Under the pieces are notes generated by a model, which had not been told where the DNA came from, did no database searches, and saw nothing but the letters and a program-made list of their open reading frames with translations. A DNA stretch of 64,000 nt from NCBI RefSeq assembly GCF_006345805.1, contig NC_043000.1, positions 156,426,001-156,490,000 of the forward strand. The letters are read 5' to 3'. The DNA is from Octopus sinensis. Its lineage: Eukaryota. Both the position numbers and the translations under genes were made by a program. Positions 12,225 through 25,785 of this stretch are shown here, piece after piece (position 1 is the first letter of the stretch; every line of letters starts with the position of its first letter).

Positions 12225-12815
12225 GTGAGGCCATAATCCCGTGGGCTACACCTGGCATGTAGCCAGCCCACTTATGCGTTCCTTTCCTTCTTGGGACACA
12301 ATACTCCACTTGTGAAGATTGTTGAGGCAAGTGAAAATCAAAATCTTAATCTATCAACATCAATGGAATTTGTAGTTGTGATACCAGTGCCGGTGGCACG
12401 TAAGAGAACCGTCCGAACGTGGCCGTAGCCAGCGCCGCCCTGACTGGCTTCCGTGCCGGTGGCAAGTAAAATGCACCATCCGACCGTGGCCATTGCCAGC
12501 TTCGTCTGGTCTCCGTACCGGTGGCATGTAAAAAGCGCCATCCGACCATAGCCGTGGCACGTAAAAAGCACCATCCGATCGTGGCCGTTTGCCAGCCTCG
12601 TCTAGCACCTGTGCCGGTGGCACGCAAAAAGCACCCACTACACTCACGGAGTGGTTGGCGTTAGGAAAGGCATCCAGCTGTAGAAACACTGCCAGATCAG
12701 ACTGGGCCTGGTGCAGCCTTCTGGCTTCCCAGACCCCAGTTGAACCGTCCAACCCATGCCAGCATGGAAAGCGGACGTTAAATGATGATGACGATGATGA
12801 TGATGATGATGATGA
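12225..12815 (+). mobile_element. Retroposon 3' portion with internal tandem repeats and (GAT)n tail
   Basis: About 5 copies of the motif gtgccggtggcacgtaaaaagcaccatccga (12387-12635), then ggttggcgttaggaaaggcatccagctgtagaaa...cccatgccagcatggaaagcggacgttaaa(tga)n. Confidence 0.7.
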
Positions 12816-12872
12816 TATATAAACAAGCAAACTAGCGAGTTAGAATATCTCTATAATTATATATAATATATA

Positions 12873-13080
12873 ATGAGGGAATGCAGAAAAGTTCCTGGCT
12901 TTAAGGGTTCGCGAAAGAACTGGCTGGAAGCTCAACCTTCCGAGTTCTTTTAAAAACCTGAAGGACCGCTGCAATAAGTGTGTGATTCTGAGAAGGGAAT
13001 ACGTTGAATACAATCATAATTAAGTGATCCTCTTATGCTTTCTTTTACTCAAACCCAGGAACTTTTCAGCACCCCTCGTA
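12873..13080. mobile_element. Mariner-derived MITE
   Basis: TIRs atgagggaatgcagaaaagttcctgg / ccaggaacttttcagcacccctcgta. Remnant of the transposase end RCNKCVILRREYVE. Second copy at 61135-61357. Confidence 0.75.
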
Positions 13081-13111
13081 TACATACACGAGCTATCTAT
13101 CTATCTATCAG

Positions 13112-13200
<89 letters not shown>

Positions 13201-13208
13201 AGTCTATC

Positions 13209-13274
<66 letters not shown>

Positions 13275-15420
13275 GTGCCAGGCCGGACCATCCATGACAA
13301 CCTCCACCTGATGCGCTACATCATAGACAGGGTAGTTAACGAACCTGGCATGGGTGGGGCGCTGATCAATTTGGATCAATCGAAAGCTTTCGATAGGGTG
13401 GACCATCGATACTTGGAGGCGGTCCTCGGAGCGGCTGGCTTCGGTCCCGTCTTCCGCGGCTGGATAGCCGCTTTGTACAGAGGCATCCGTTCGGTAATTC
13501 GCGTTAATGGACATCTATCGAGACCCTTCGACATCGCACGTTCGGTCCGTCAGGGATGCCCCCTCTCGTCGCTTCTATACGTATTGACTCTCGAGCCATT
13601 ATTGCGGAAGCTGGCAACCTTGAGAGGCATCCCGCGAGAACTGGGATGCGGGACGGGCGTGTCTGCATACGCGGACGACGTCACCGTCATAGTGTCTAGC
13701 CACGAGCACATCGAGCAGGTCGGCGAGACACTGAAAAACTACGAAGCGGTGACAGGAGCGAAAGTCAACCGGGAAAAGTCAGTGGGCTTGCGACTAGGCA
13801 CCTGGAGAAGCAAGCCCATGCCGTCCACCAGCGCCTCCGTCGTGGGACGCTGGACCGACGGCCCGGTTGAGTTGCTCGGGGTCTGGTTTGGTCCGGACCT
13901 CCAAGTGGAGAAGAACTGGAACGAGATAACGAGTAGGGTGGTCACTCTCGCCCGGCAATGGGCCGAGAGGAAACTGTCTCTAAAAGGTCGGGCGGAGGTG
14001 GCGAACACGTACATCGCGTCCGTCATCTACTACCGCCTGACCGTCGTACCTTTTCCCGACCCTACCATCACCAAACTACAACGCATCTCTTTCGCTTCTT
14101 GTGGAAAGGATGCGTCCCGATGGTCAGGCGATCCATTTGCTGTCAACACCGTTAAAAGGAGGGCTGGGCATGCCGTGGTTGATGATGCGCAGACACGCGC
14201 TGAGACTGCGACATCTCTGGCTCTATGTAGACGACGGTGAACAGGTGTGGTCGCCGTTTGTGAGGCACGCTTTCCGCAGCTCGTCTCCATGACCGAACTG
14301 CAGTCGTGGATCAAAAGAGCCGAAGAAGAAGGGCGAATGGCACCGCGAGTGTCGCGTTGCTCTCAAGCAACTCTGCCGTCCTGGGTCGACCTTGAGTGAC
14401 TTCAACACAACCAAAGCATTCTATAGGGGTTTAGTGAGGGGAGGTACGACGACGATCTCGGGGCGAACCTGGACGTCGACGAGGAGTACCTGACCGCCTG
14501 TTCAGGACGACTTTCGGGCCAGGGCCCATGGACAACTTCCAGAGATCCCTGGCCTGGCAGTGCTACCGAGAAGCGCTACCCGTTCGGGATAAGCTCTACA
14601 GACACGGCTCGAGAAAACGGGGCCGACCTGCCCGAGATGCGGTCAGAGCGACGAAACCGTTCTGCACGCACTCGTGCAGTGTCCAACAATTTCCGACCTG
14701 TGGGCCAATGTCGAACAACTGCTGTCACGTGTGGGACGAGTCGGTTTATCAGCTGAGTCTATCGTCAATATTGTCACGCCTCCCTCCTTCAAAAGGGAAG
14801 GAAGAGCTATTTTCATCATCCTTGTGGCTATGGCGAAAGAATGTATCTGGTGGACGCGTCTGAAAGGATTGGGACAAACACTTTCCTCTCTGGTCAATCT
14901 CTCATCAACTTCTTCAAGTACCACTTGAAAAGGAAAGTGGAGTAGAGAGGCAAGTTTTGTCTAGCGAATGTTTTAAAAAAAGATGGGTGAATGTAGCAAG
15001 AATGGCACGTATGAATGACGAAGCCACCTTGAGCATGATCCTATGAACCCAGAAATTGAAAACAGAGAGTTGCTTATTCGCAAAAAAAAAAAAAAGAAAT
15101 ATAACATGTGACTCCATTGACCGAGGTTACCGTGGTCTTTTCCGTAGGCTTTTCTTTCCACGGGTAAACCTCACCTGTCCTCCCCTTTACACTTCATATT
15201 GACATTTCTGTGATAATGATCCCTATTGATCAATTTTTTTTTTTCCTCCTCTCCCCCCTTTTTTTTAACCCCCCTTTTTTTGTCCTCTTTCTCTCCTTTT
15301 ACGATCCCTTTTGATCGAAACTCCCCCTTCCGTTTTTTTTTTTAAACCTTCAAAAGAAAAGCTCTACCTTGTAATTTGTTCTATCTGTGTGCAGCCCTGT
15401 GTGGCTAATAAAGAAACATA
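13275..15420 (+). mobile_element. 5'-truncated Tx1-clade (L1-like) LINE: RT + C-terminal CCHC finger, frameshifted
   Basis: [52 protein letters not shown], and CPRCGQSDETVLHALVQC (~14630). GC-rich body, pyrimidine-rich 3' UTR, aataaa at 15407. Begins directly in (CTAT)n. Confidence 0.92.
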
Positions 15421-16011
15421 TCTATCATTTTTATAGACTTTTGGAAGGTCTCTCAGGATATATGGCTTATTTAAACTGTCAGTTTAAATAAATCATACAT
15501 CTAGCGAAGTTTCTAAATGTTGCTATCAATAAATTATAATAGATATTAGACTTTATAAATGTATTGAATCCTTTATTTAATAAATGCTTGTTTTTATGCA
15601 TAAAAATAGATTTTAAAACCATGAACACACTTCCATAATACATAGACAGACAGATATACATATGTGTATATGAATGTGTCTATATACATACGCATATATG
15701 TATATATGTATACATGAATATATATATTTATATATATCTGTTCATGTATGTATACATATAATCTTGAAGCCACAAATAATGTGGGATTAACTTGAAGAAA
15801 ACTATAGGCCCTTGAGTCACATATATAGCTTTACAACTAACAAATAAAGATAAATGCCTATATGTATGTATGCGTGAAAGTATGTATGTATGTATATGTA
15901 TGTGTGTGTGTGTTTGTGTGCGTGTGTGAGTGTAAACATATATGTATATGAACAATTCTACACGCGCACACGTAGCCATTCTTTCATGCATGCACTTCAA
16001 GTCAGAGCATC

Positions 16012-16219
16012 TTTAACTCTTTAGCATTTAAACCGGCCATTTCTGGCCAAAATATTCTACCTCTTTTACGTTCAAACTGGTAAGATCCAACATCTCACAC
16101 CTATTCTACAATGTTATTCTGAAGATAAACAATCACATCAGCAAATTCTTGAAGCCACAAAATAATGTTGGATCAACTGAAAACATTTGACAGAATAATC
16201 TGAATGGTAAGGGGGTTAA
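16012..16219. mobile_element. piggyBac-type MITE (TTAA-flanked), degenerate
   Basis: Imperfect TIRs ttaa-ctctttagcatt ... aatggtaaggggg-ttaa. Confidence 0.55.
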
Positions 16220-16395
16220 ATGCTTGGCACTCGAGGTCAAACTACTCAAGCGTTATGGCTTACCACAAAAAGAATAAAACGAGAAAAAGTATGCAAAAGT
16301 TCAACAAACAAAACGGAACATGATTTAGTTGAGAGTTGAAGTAATAGGAATTTGTTTCCTATCATATTTTGTAGAAATATTATTCTCCGTGTGAA

Positions 16396-16725
16396 GGCGC
16401 ATGGCTCAGTGGTTAGAGCGTCGAGCTTACGATCGTGAGGTTGTGAGCTCGAATCTCGGACCGGGCTGCGTGTTGTGTCCTTGAGCAAGACACTTTATTT
16501 CACGTTGCTCTAGTTCACTCAGCTGTAGAAATGAGTTGCGACGTCACAAGTGTCAAGCTGTATCGGCCTTTGTCTTTCCCTTGGATAACACTGGTGGCAT
16601 GGAGAGGGGAGGCCGGTATGCGTGGACGACTGCTGGTCTTCCATAAACCACCTTGCCCAGACTTGTGACTAGGAGGGTAACTTTCAAGTTGCAATCAATC
16701 CCATGGTCAGTGTCGTGACCGAAGG
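16396..16725 (+). mobile_element. tRNA-derived CORE-type SINE family C
   Basis: Head ggcgcatggctcagtggttagagcg..gagctcgaatctcggacc, CORE-like gtgtccttgagcaagacacttt..ctcagctgtagaaatgag, tail gtgaccgaaggg. Confidence 0.88.
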
Positions 16726-17288
16726 GAAAACAAATCTTGAAAAGAACAAAAATGAGAAGTTTGCTCAATGAGATTCGAACATCTATTCTCTTACTTGCTA
16801 CGTTGTAAATGGTTCTTTGTTTCATAAGTACAAGACTTCAGATTTGTAAACGAAATTATTTTGCACTAGATGGTTTAGAAGCATAGCCGAGAACATAAAA
16901 CCTAAACTGGCCATAGAATTATGAACGGGGACGCAGCTTGTCACTCTAGCCATATATGAGTATTAGAGACTACAGACGAGTTTCTAAATAATCATTCTAT
17001 CAGCTAGTAATAGCAACCGAACCTATTATATACTCTATCATAAAGAACATATTGGATAATGCAGTTCTACATACCCCTAAACAGATAGTGTGTTTACAAC
17101 AGAAATGCATTTAATCATGGGTATGGTGGATGAAAGCTGACAAACAGCTATAAACCATAACAAACAACATACATTACAGTAAGGCTTCTTGATTGATGAC
17201 GATAAGAAGTTTATCTCTCTTGTGAAGGAATTATTCGTCAATATTTCCAAATTTCCTTTAGCGTCATTCACAAAAACGATAAAATGAT

Positions 17289-17498
17289 AAGTACCAAGCC
17301 CTATAACAAATCTTGTGGATTTGTTATGCGGGCCGCTCAACCGGATTCCTTATTGAAGTTGGATATTGCGGTTTCTCAGCAACATCTGTGCACTATTTCT
17401 TGCAGAAAATTGGTTTGGAATCTAAATAACCGAAGAAGGCTACCGAAGAGATAGTCATGGCATCTGATACTTGCTCAAGGTGGCTGTACTTGACAAGA
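17289..17498 (+). pseudogene. Remnant of a Hero/NeSL-type restriction-like-endonuclease LINE C-terminus
   Basis: KYQAL..., then IEVGYCGFSATSVHYFLQKIGLESK*PKKATEEIVMASDTCSRWLYLTR. Resembles the (P)VEVGCRGF...AAE.SRWLWLKR motif of Hero-clade elements. Confidence 0.6.
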
Positions 17499-18264
17499 GA
17501 ATGCAAAGGAACCAGTCTGCGGGTGAAAATCAATTTGATGCTCGCTGCTCCACTTTGGCAAAATGTATAGGGTAAAAAGACTAAACGCTTGTGATTTTGA
17601 GATATCAGTAGAAACATACAAAAGGACTTTCAACGATGCGAATGCTTTAGTCGCTATCAAAAGGGTTAGCAACATTTCTGAGTTGCTCTAGTATTTTCTG
17701 TCTTGGGAAAGCATCTCTGATGTTTATTTAACCTGCAGTATAAAGCAATAAGTTGGAATTTCCTGAACTTTGAAATCCGATTGAAAAGTTAAATATTTTA
17801 AGATCGAAAATAAGGTAAAATTGCTCAGGGCTAACAGAATTAGAATGTGAGGAGGACTGAACCATTGCAATAAAGTGGAGTATGATGCTGAAAAGTACCA
17901 AAAACATTATAAAAAAAAACTCGATCGACATCCAATTTGCAAGTTGATCTTCCTTGCAGCTATTGTTTGTGAAGTGACGTTAAAAGAGGTGTTAGAATAC
18001 TGCTGGGGGTGATCAGTCACAAACAGATACAGATATAGAGACACACTCACACAGACCTATATATATAGACACACAAACCTACATTTATACATGTAATTGA
18101 TGTAAACACAAACGATTTAAATCTAAACACCAACTGGCTTAAATACATTTACATCCTCTGTGTATACTTTCTTTCTTACTCCCCCCTTGCCTTTTTTCCC
18201 TTCCTTCCTTCCTTTGACTGACTCCCTCCCCCTCCCCCTCTCTCTATGTATGTATATGTTTACT

Positions 18265-18309
<45 letters not shown>

Positions 18310-18917
18310 CTACCTTTTCGCTGCTAAGTTCAAAGGCACTTTGTCAGGCTACTTAGAGTAAAGAACTCAAAGTTAGAAGCCTCAGTTGGTGGCTTGCTTA
18401 ATTCATAACCGCGAATCAACCTAAATCTATTTTCTTGGAAACACGGATGCAGATTAAACACACACACACATATAAATATATATATGTATACATATATACA
18501 TACATAAACACAAATACACTTATATATAGATATATGTATATAAATATATATATTCATGTATACATATATACATATATGCATATGTATATAGACACATTCA
18601 TATACACATATGTATATCTGTCTGTCTATGTATGTCGTCATAAAAGATGTATGTATGTGTATGTACGCGCGCGCCTATATGCAATTATCTTCTTGAATTT
18701 TACAAAAGTTCTTTTGTTTTAAATCTTACATTTTCTTCAGAATCTCGGCAAAAAAATCTAAGAGTTGGAACAATAGTACTTCTGTACATATCAAGAACAT
18801 AATAATAGCGTAACTATTTTATATATAGTTGTTTCGAGTCGTTTAACCTATGGCTGGTCTTCTAAATTTTCCAATTAAGCCACTTTATATACATACATAC
18901 ATACATACATACATACA

Positions 18918-18980
<63 letters not shown>

Positions 18981-18987
18981 GTATATA

Positions 18988-19030
<43 letters not shown>

Positions 19031-20089
19031 ATAAAATGTGCATGTATATATGTGTGCATGTATATATATATATATATTGGTATGTATGTGTGCACACGCG
19101 CATTCGTGCGTGTGTGTATGTGTGTGTAATACGTTTTTAATTATTTGAATTCTTCCCATAAGGACGGAGCTAACGTCTAAATATCTTAACAGTGGAACTT
19201 TGATACCATGATGATACTTAGAAAAATGTTGCGTTTTTTTTTTTTACTGATTCGCTTATAGATTATATTTACGAAATGCTTGTTAGATTGGCCTTTCCTT
19301 TCCTTGAAAACCTCAACACATTGAATTTATGACATGCATTTACTAACAAGGCCAAATGCTTTCATAACTATAAAAGCGACTTTATAATCTGAGTAGGCAA
19401 ACTGCATATTTCGAAGCAGTATGTTGTAAATATTCTCTTTCTAACCATACATAATTAATTTTCTGTTTCAGACAACTACCTCAAGTCCATTATATTTGGA
19501 CTTATTATATTCTCTGCATGATTATGTAGTTAAAATAATGTACAATGCTATCTTGCGGATGATTTGAAAGGCAATGCCTTAATGACAGATCCGAGCAGCT
19601 ACTGAGCATGTGTAGTATCTCGCATAGAAATAAACATAATTGAAAATTTCGGTCGCATTTTAGGGACTGATGAGTTTAATTATATAATTTGTTGCTCTTA
19701 AATTGCAAGTGTTTTAACTTTCCACTGTATCATAATATAACGGTTATTGGTCCAATAAAATTTTGGCTTCCTCATAATGTTAACAGCATCCTCGAGTTTA
19801 CGACATATTCTCACGTAAAACCTATAACCAATTTTAGATTTGCAGTGTTTCTCCTCCAGGTCTTTGCTGGGATATTCTATTGTAGTAATTCTAGGTTGGC
19901 AGGGAAGATCCACTGGAATGACGTGTATCACGTCAGGCTGGAGATGGGAAGGATGGCCTCCCTTTACAAATACTGATAGGGCACAGAAAGTGTGAATAGC
20001 CAGCAGGAGGATGTGTCTTCCTGGGGCTACAATCTATAGTAGCATCTGCCTTTAAGGGTTAGCCACATTTAAGTGGCAAATATACTTCA

Positions 20090-20133
<44 letters not shown>

Positions 20134-20717
20134 ATATCTATAAATCTGAAATGCGAAAAGTTTGTTTGTCTGGTTTTGGCATTGGAACGGATTAAAGGCC
20201 ACTAGATCCCGTCGGATTGACTCCAAAATTTACAGGGACATGTAAAATGAGGTGAGGATGTCAGTGGGCTTAGAAATCCCTATCTTAAAAGGTGTGGTTA
20301 CTAGGGCAAAAAACGTACACTTTGACATGTCTGCTCCCATTCTCTTATCTACCCGTCTTCTTCCATCTCTTTTTGTTTCCTCCCTTCCTTTAAATTTCTC
20401 TCTATAACGTCGCTTGACGGTGTCTACTATCTTTCCCCCGCCGCGTTCGCCAGCGCTGTCACTCAAACTCTCTCTCTACGTCTGTCTGCATTCATAGAGA
20501 GAATTATCATCGCCACAACCACCACACAATCATGAGAACAAATATTATGAATCAGATATTTATTGGGTTAATTTATATATATGTGTGTGTTCTATATATA
20601 AATATGTATATATAATGTATATATATATACAAAGTGTATATATCTGTATTTATTATATATATATATATATATAATATATATATATATATATGTATATATA
20701 CAAAGTATATATATCTG

Positions 20718-20758
<41 letters not shown>

Positions 20759-20946
20759 GTGGTCGGTTGAGCTGAAAATATGCACACCTATGTTAAAAGT
20801 ACTGGCGAGTTTGCATGGCAACTATTTTTTTCTTCAAATGAAAAGCGTGACCTCTAGGACAAAATTCCTCATCTTATAAAATGTGGCCCGAGTAGACCCG
20901 AATGAAATCGAGTTATATTAACCAAAATGTGAAAAGGCGAACAACG

Positions 20947-21232
20947 AAAGACACAAATGGAAAACAAAACAAACAATATAAAGAACGACCCTTCATCAGT
21001 TGTTGGCTGTTTTATCTAGTCTCGTATTTCGAGCATTTAACAACAATATGCGCTTTCGATAAAAAAAATTTGCTCTCGCAAAACAAATTAAATAAAATTT
21101 GGGAGCAATTTTTTTTTTATCGAAAGCGCATATTCTTGTTAAATGCTCGAAATACGATACTAGAAAAACAGCCAACAACTGATGAAGGGTCGTTGTTAAT
21201 GTTGTTTGCTCTGTTTTCCAATTGTGTCTTTC
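20947..21232. repeat. Long imperfect inverted repeat (~125-bp arms), Penelope-like
   Basis: aacgacccttcatcagttgttggctg..tttcgagcatttaacaacaatatgcgctttcgataaaaaaaa, mirrored by tttttttatcgaaagcgcatattcttgttaaatgctcgaaa..cagccaacaactgatgaagggtcgtt. (TA)-rich flanks. Confidence 0.9.
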
Positions 21233-21434
21233 ATATGGATATATATATTATATATATAATATATATATATATATATTATATATATATATATACATATATA
21301 TACACACGTATAGATGTATGTATGTACATATAAGTATGTATATATGCATATATAATTATTTATATTATTACATGACTGAACGCCACGTATCCTCTTCCAA
21401 GTAAGTTTTATCTATGTACCTATCTATCTATCTA

Positions 21435-21490
<56 letters not shown>

Positions 21491-21961
21491 AAAGTTAATT
21501 TCTAGAGAATATAACGCAATCATAAATTTATAGGTTACAACTGCTTTCATGTATGATGTAGGGTCACGTGGGATTTTAAAACTTCCGGCAATATAATCTC
21601 CACGAAACGTGAAAAAATGAAGCAATGCTCTTTACATGATAAAAAGAAATGCATAGCCAAGAGGTAAAAACTTTGAAATTCATTTTGTTTTATATACATG
21701 GTTCAGGGTTCAGTCTCACTGCGTGGCATTTTGGACAAATGTCATTTATAGTTTCGGGTCGACCAAAGTTTTCTGAGTGGATTTGCTTGACTGAGTAAAG
21801 TCCGTTGTACACGCACACACACACACAGTTATGTATGACACTGTATTTATTCCCCACCAACACTTGATAACTGCTGTTAGTGAATTTGCGTCCCCATAAC
21901 TTAGTGGTACGTCAAAATAGATCACCGGAATAGGTATCATGTAATATATATATATATATAT

Positions 21962-22266
21962 AACAATTGCAGCGTGGAAGGTGTTTGTAAGCCATTTAAG
22001 AAACACACAAAAGCCGTTCGATTCACTTCAACATTTAAGTTTAATTTGTCAAAATATTTTCGTCGCTAAAATCCGCGACCTGTTCACTGACAAAAATCCG
22101 TACTGCATCTCAATCTGAGATGCAGCACGGATTTTTGTCAGTGAACAGGTCGCGGTCTTAAAGCGATGAAAATATTTTGACAAATTAAACTTAAATGTTG
22201 AAGTGAATCGAACGGATTTTGTGTGTTCTTAAATGGCTTACAAACACCTTCCACGCTGCAATTGTT
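21962..22266. repeat. Near-perfect palindrome, ~150-bp arms, 3-nt loop (22113-22115)
   Basis: aacaattgcagcgtggaagg...actgcatctca|atc|tgagatgcagc...ccttccacgctgcaattgtt. (TA)n on both sides. Confidence 0.95.
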
Positions 22267-22320
22267 TTCGTTCCAGCACACGATCTCAGATCGAATCACT
22301 TGCTATGCGAGTACATCTCC

Positions 22321-22362
<42 letters not shown>

Positions 22363-23964
22363 CATGGAAAAATGCGAGCAAGAGAAATAATATTCTTAAG
22401 TTTATGAACCTGGAAAATTATAGAACAGTTATTACATCTGGTAAAGGACAGAGCAAGAACATTTTTGCTTAAAATATTGCGGCTAATGTTAAAATTTCAA
22501 ATAAAATATTTGGATTTAGAATATATTAACTTTTATTAAAACTAAAACTTTTATTACAAGTTCTTACTTCTATTTGTTATTACATTTTACTTCTATTAAA
22601 AATAAAAAAAAATTACTCAATTGAAATATATTTTGCGCTTAAAATAATTAAATTTTTTAAATTATATATTCGTTTTGCAAGATTCTTGATGTGAAACCGT
22701 GTGTTGAAACAGATGTTGTTGTATTTGGGGACGGTCATGTTGCCACTTTAGCCAATAAAACACATGCACTATATATTTGGTGTTAATTTGCTTCAGCCTT
22801 ATCTATTTTTACGTTAATCGTATTTCGGCCAGAGTTCCTTGGTCACTCTTCTGTGACCGCATCAGTGGCCCTTTGCTTTCTTCTTTCTTATTTGCATGTC
22901 TTTCCTTACTAACGATCAGCCATTTTATATTTTGTATTCCTATTGTATGTGTCTTTATTTGTGCATGCGTATACCCCTATGTGTTTCTATGTTTAGTAAG
23001 TGCGTGTGTGTGTGTGGGGAGAGTTGTATGAAATAATACTAGTCGATGGTTTGTACTTTTACCTTGTTTCAATATTTTGGGGGTTAGGCCACCGTTTTCA
23101 GAACATTTTAGATATTCAGAATTAACGGTGAAATTAATAGCACAGGAGATAAAGTAAAAAGTAATTGTAATTATTAGCTTAAGATTCAAAGATTAATAAA
23201 GTTGAAATGTCTTTAGAGGTATCTACTTAAAAGAAGGAAGTACAGAGGAAAGAAAGGAAATGATGTAAACAAAGAAACGAATTGTTCTATGTTGAGTCAT
23301 TCTGAAAATGACAGAGATAAGAAGAAGACTGGGAGGGTCCCGGAAGGAAGGAGATTTATGAACGCAAGTGAAACAAGGAATCAGTTGTATGTAAATTTTG
23401 TATGCGTGCGTGTCACTCTGCGCGTTGTGAACCAAGTATATATAGGCTAAGATGTAGGAGTGCATAGTTGTAACGTGTGCATGTATGCGTGTTTTTGCAG
23501 TGTGAGTATTGCGGTATGCCTGTTATTTTCAGCGTTACTAAAACGCGTGCACCTTGATGCATACACACACACACAAATATATATATTGTCCCGAAAGAGA
23601 TCAAGGGGGAAAACGATCCCATCACCTTTGAACGAATCTGGACAAAATTCTTCAAGGAAAACCAGATAAGCCGCCTATACAACTCACTCAAGAAGGAATC
23701 CCTACTAGAATGGGTCATGTTACCACAAAACTTGAATTAAAAAGGATTTAGTTAATCTTGTCAGGTGGTGCTATTAAGTTAGAAATGTCCTGGACCAATC
23801 TTTGGTCGAAACATATTTAAGCTATCTAAGTTTATATATATATATATATATATAGAAATTCGGGGTGCAGACATACATTATGCATTGTTATAAATCTGTC
23901 TAATAAAGGCCCGAAACATATGTACCGCTGAATCCTTGGCATCATGTTTTTATTTTGATCAATT

Positions 23965-24010
<46 letters not shown>

Positions 24011-24426
24011 TAACATTTATATATATCTCTAGATGCAGGTCTATCTGTTGGGGGTATTTGTCTCCCCTTCGTAAATATATAAGGACACAGGAAATGTGTC
24101 GAGGCCGAGAGGAAGCGTCGATGCTTCCTAGGGCTAAACAGCGGTGGTGTAATTCCCTTACTGTCACGTTAAGTTGACAGTATACAACCACTCTATCGCC
24201 CCACCACCGTACATATCTCTATGAGATATTTAGAAATTTAGTATTTCTGATTTATATATTTATTTCGTCATTATATTCACTGCGGTGGTATTCTGACCAT
24301 ATTGCAAGAGGAGTTTTAGGCGGCCGATTTAAACTGGTCGTCTGCATAAGTGCATGTGTATGTGTATGTTCGTATGTAAGTATATCGTATGTTGTATGTT
24401 GTATATATATATATATATTATATATA

Positions 24427-24468
<42 letters not shown>

Positions 24469-24726
24469 ATTTATGTGCTTTCTGAGTATATTCCACTGAT
24501 GAAGGCAGAGCATTTCTTATGCAGAGTCAGAAATCCGGGATCTGAAATTATCTACTAATTTTTTTGCTAGTTTATTTTGTCTATTTTTTCTCCTCTCCTG
24601 GTGCTGTATGAACATTTAATATGGTTTTAGAGTCAAGCTTTGACCGCTATTTCCAGCGTGGTGGTGGTATATCTTAGGTACCCTAAATTATAATTTTAAT
24701 ATTAATAATAATTATATATATATATA

Positions 24727-25090
24727 CTAGCAAATGCAACCGACCTTTCGACGGTTTAAGTTGTGAGAAGGTTTCATGAGTCGCACGGCAATCTACGTTT
24801 CCGATTACTATAGGTTGACCTTGTTTTGGTAAATTTTTACAAGATCACCCCCATGTTTTTCACCACCTCTCCAAACACCTTCCCCTATTTTTCGCGTGGA
24901 ATCAACTCCTTTGACCTCTTACTTACCCACAAATTTCTTATTTTGGTGGTTCAGAAAAAATGGGAGGGCAGGGGTGGAAGTAAGCACTTCCCCAGATTTT
25001 TTTGAATTTTTTTTCGTAGAATGAATTACAGTGAGTTCCTAATATGCCACAGAAACACCCTCTGTTTTGTCTGGAAAATACAAGAAGTTG
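24727..25090 (-). mobile_element. Non-autonomous Helitron 3' end
   Basis: Minus strand ends ...aaccgtcgaaaggtcggtt (hairpin) gcatttgCTAG|t. 5' boundary not determined. Confidence 0.5.
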
Positions 25091-25534
25091 TAGAGGAAGC
25101 ATTTTAAAGAGTAAATGAGGCGTGTTGGGGGTGCAAGGGAAGGAGACTGTCGTATGGAAAGCGGGGTTATCGGTCTTGGAGACGAAAAGACAGGTGATGC
25201 AGCGGAAGCAGGAGGAAGAGGGTGTTCCAGGATTGCGTCGGGCGATTACAAGGTTCTACACACAAGAGTATCACTTAGATTATAGCTGCATTTAAAGTAG
25301 GGTTGGCTGTGGCTTGAGGAAAATATGGATAGCAGTGAGATTGGACTGGAGGGTTCAGAATGTGCTTCGGATAGTGTAGTGGGTGGGTAGGATGGACGAG
25401 GAGTTCGTGAAGAAGGAAGGAAGATGTCTGGAGGTGTAGAGGACGTGGAAGAGAAGGAAGAAGTGCAGTCTACGTAATGGGTGTGAGAAGGCGACTTGGA
25501 CTAGGGTGATGGGGAGTCTGTAGAGAGTGAAATA

Positions 25535-25785
25535 AAATAAAAAAATAAATGCGCCCTTTTTAAAGCCTAGCCAGGCTTATGGGCCCGGTTTCCCGGTTTC
25601 TATGGTCTATGTGTCCCCAGCCAGTCCATCGCAGCGTTACTCATTTTTGCCAGCTGAGTGGACTGGAGCAACGTGAAATGAAATGTTTTGCTCAAGAACA
25701 CAACGAGTCACCTGGTCCAGGAATCGAAACCACAATCTTGCGATCAAGTTGCTGACACCCTAACTGTTAAGCCACGCGCCTCCAC
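25535..25785 (-). mobile_element. CORE-type tRNA SINE with a different tail; 13-bp TSD
   Basis: Minus head tggaggcgcgtggctt..ggtttcgattcctggacc, CORE-like gttcttgagcaaaacatttc. TSD agagagtgaaata at 25522-25534 and 25786-25798. Confidence 0.85.

Noticed and set aside
12387-12635. Repeats with variable spacing, resembling CRISPR
   Set aside because: The intervening sequences are related to each other and sit within a retroposon ending in (GAT)n.
13035-14240. 401-aa ORF as a host gene or a membrane-anchored RT fusion
   Set aside because: The N-terminal LSIY repeats are (CTAT)n read in frame into a truncated Tx1 RT.
24490-24550. CTGATGA..GAAA as a hammerhead (also ~61077)
   Set aside because: Stems II and III cannot be paired convincingly; at best heavily decayed.
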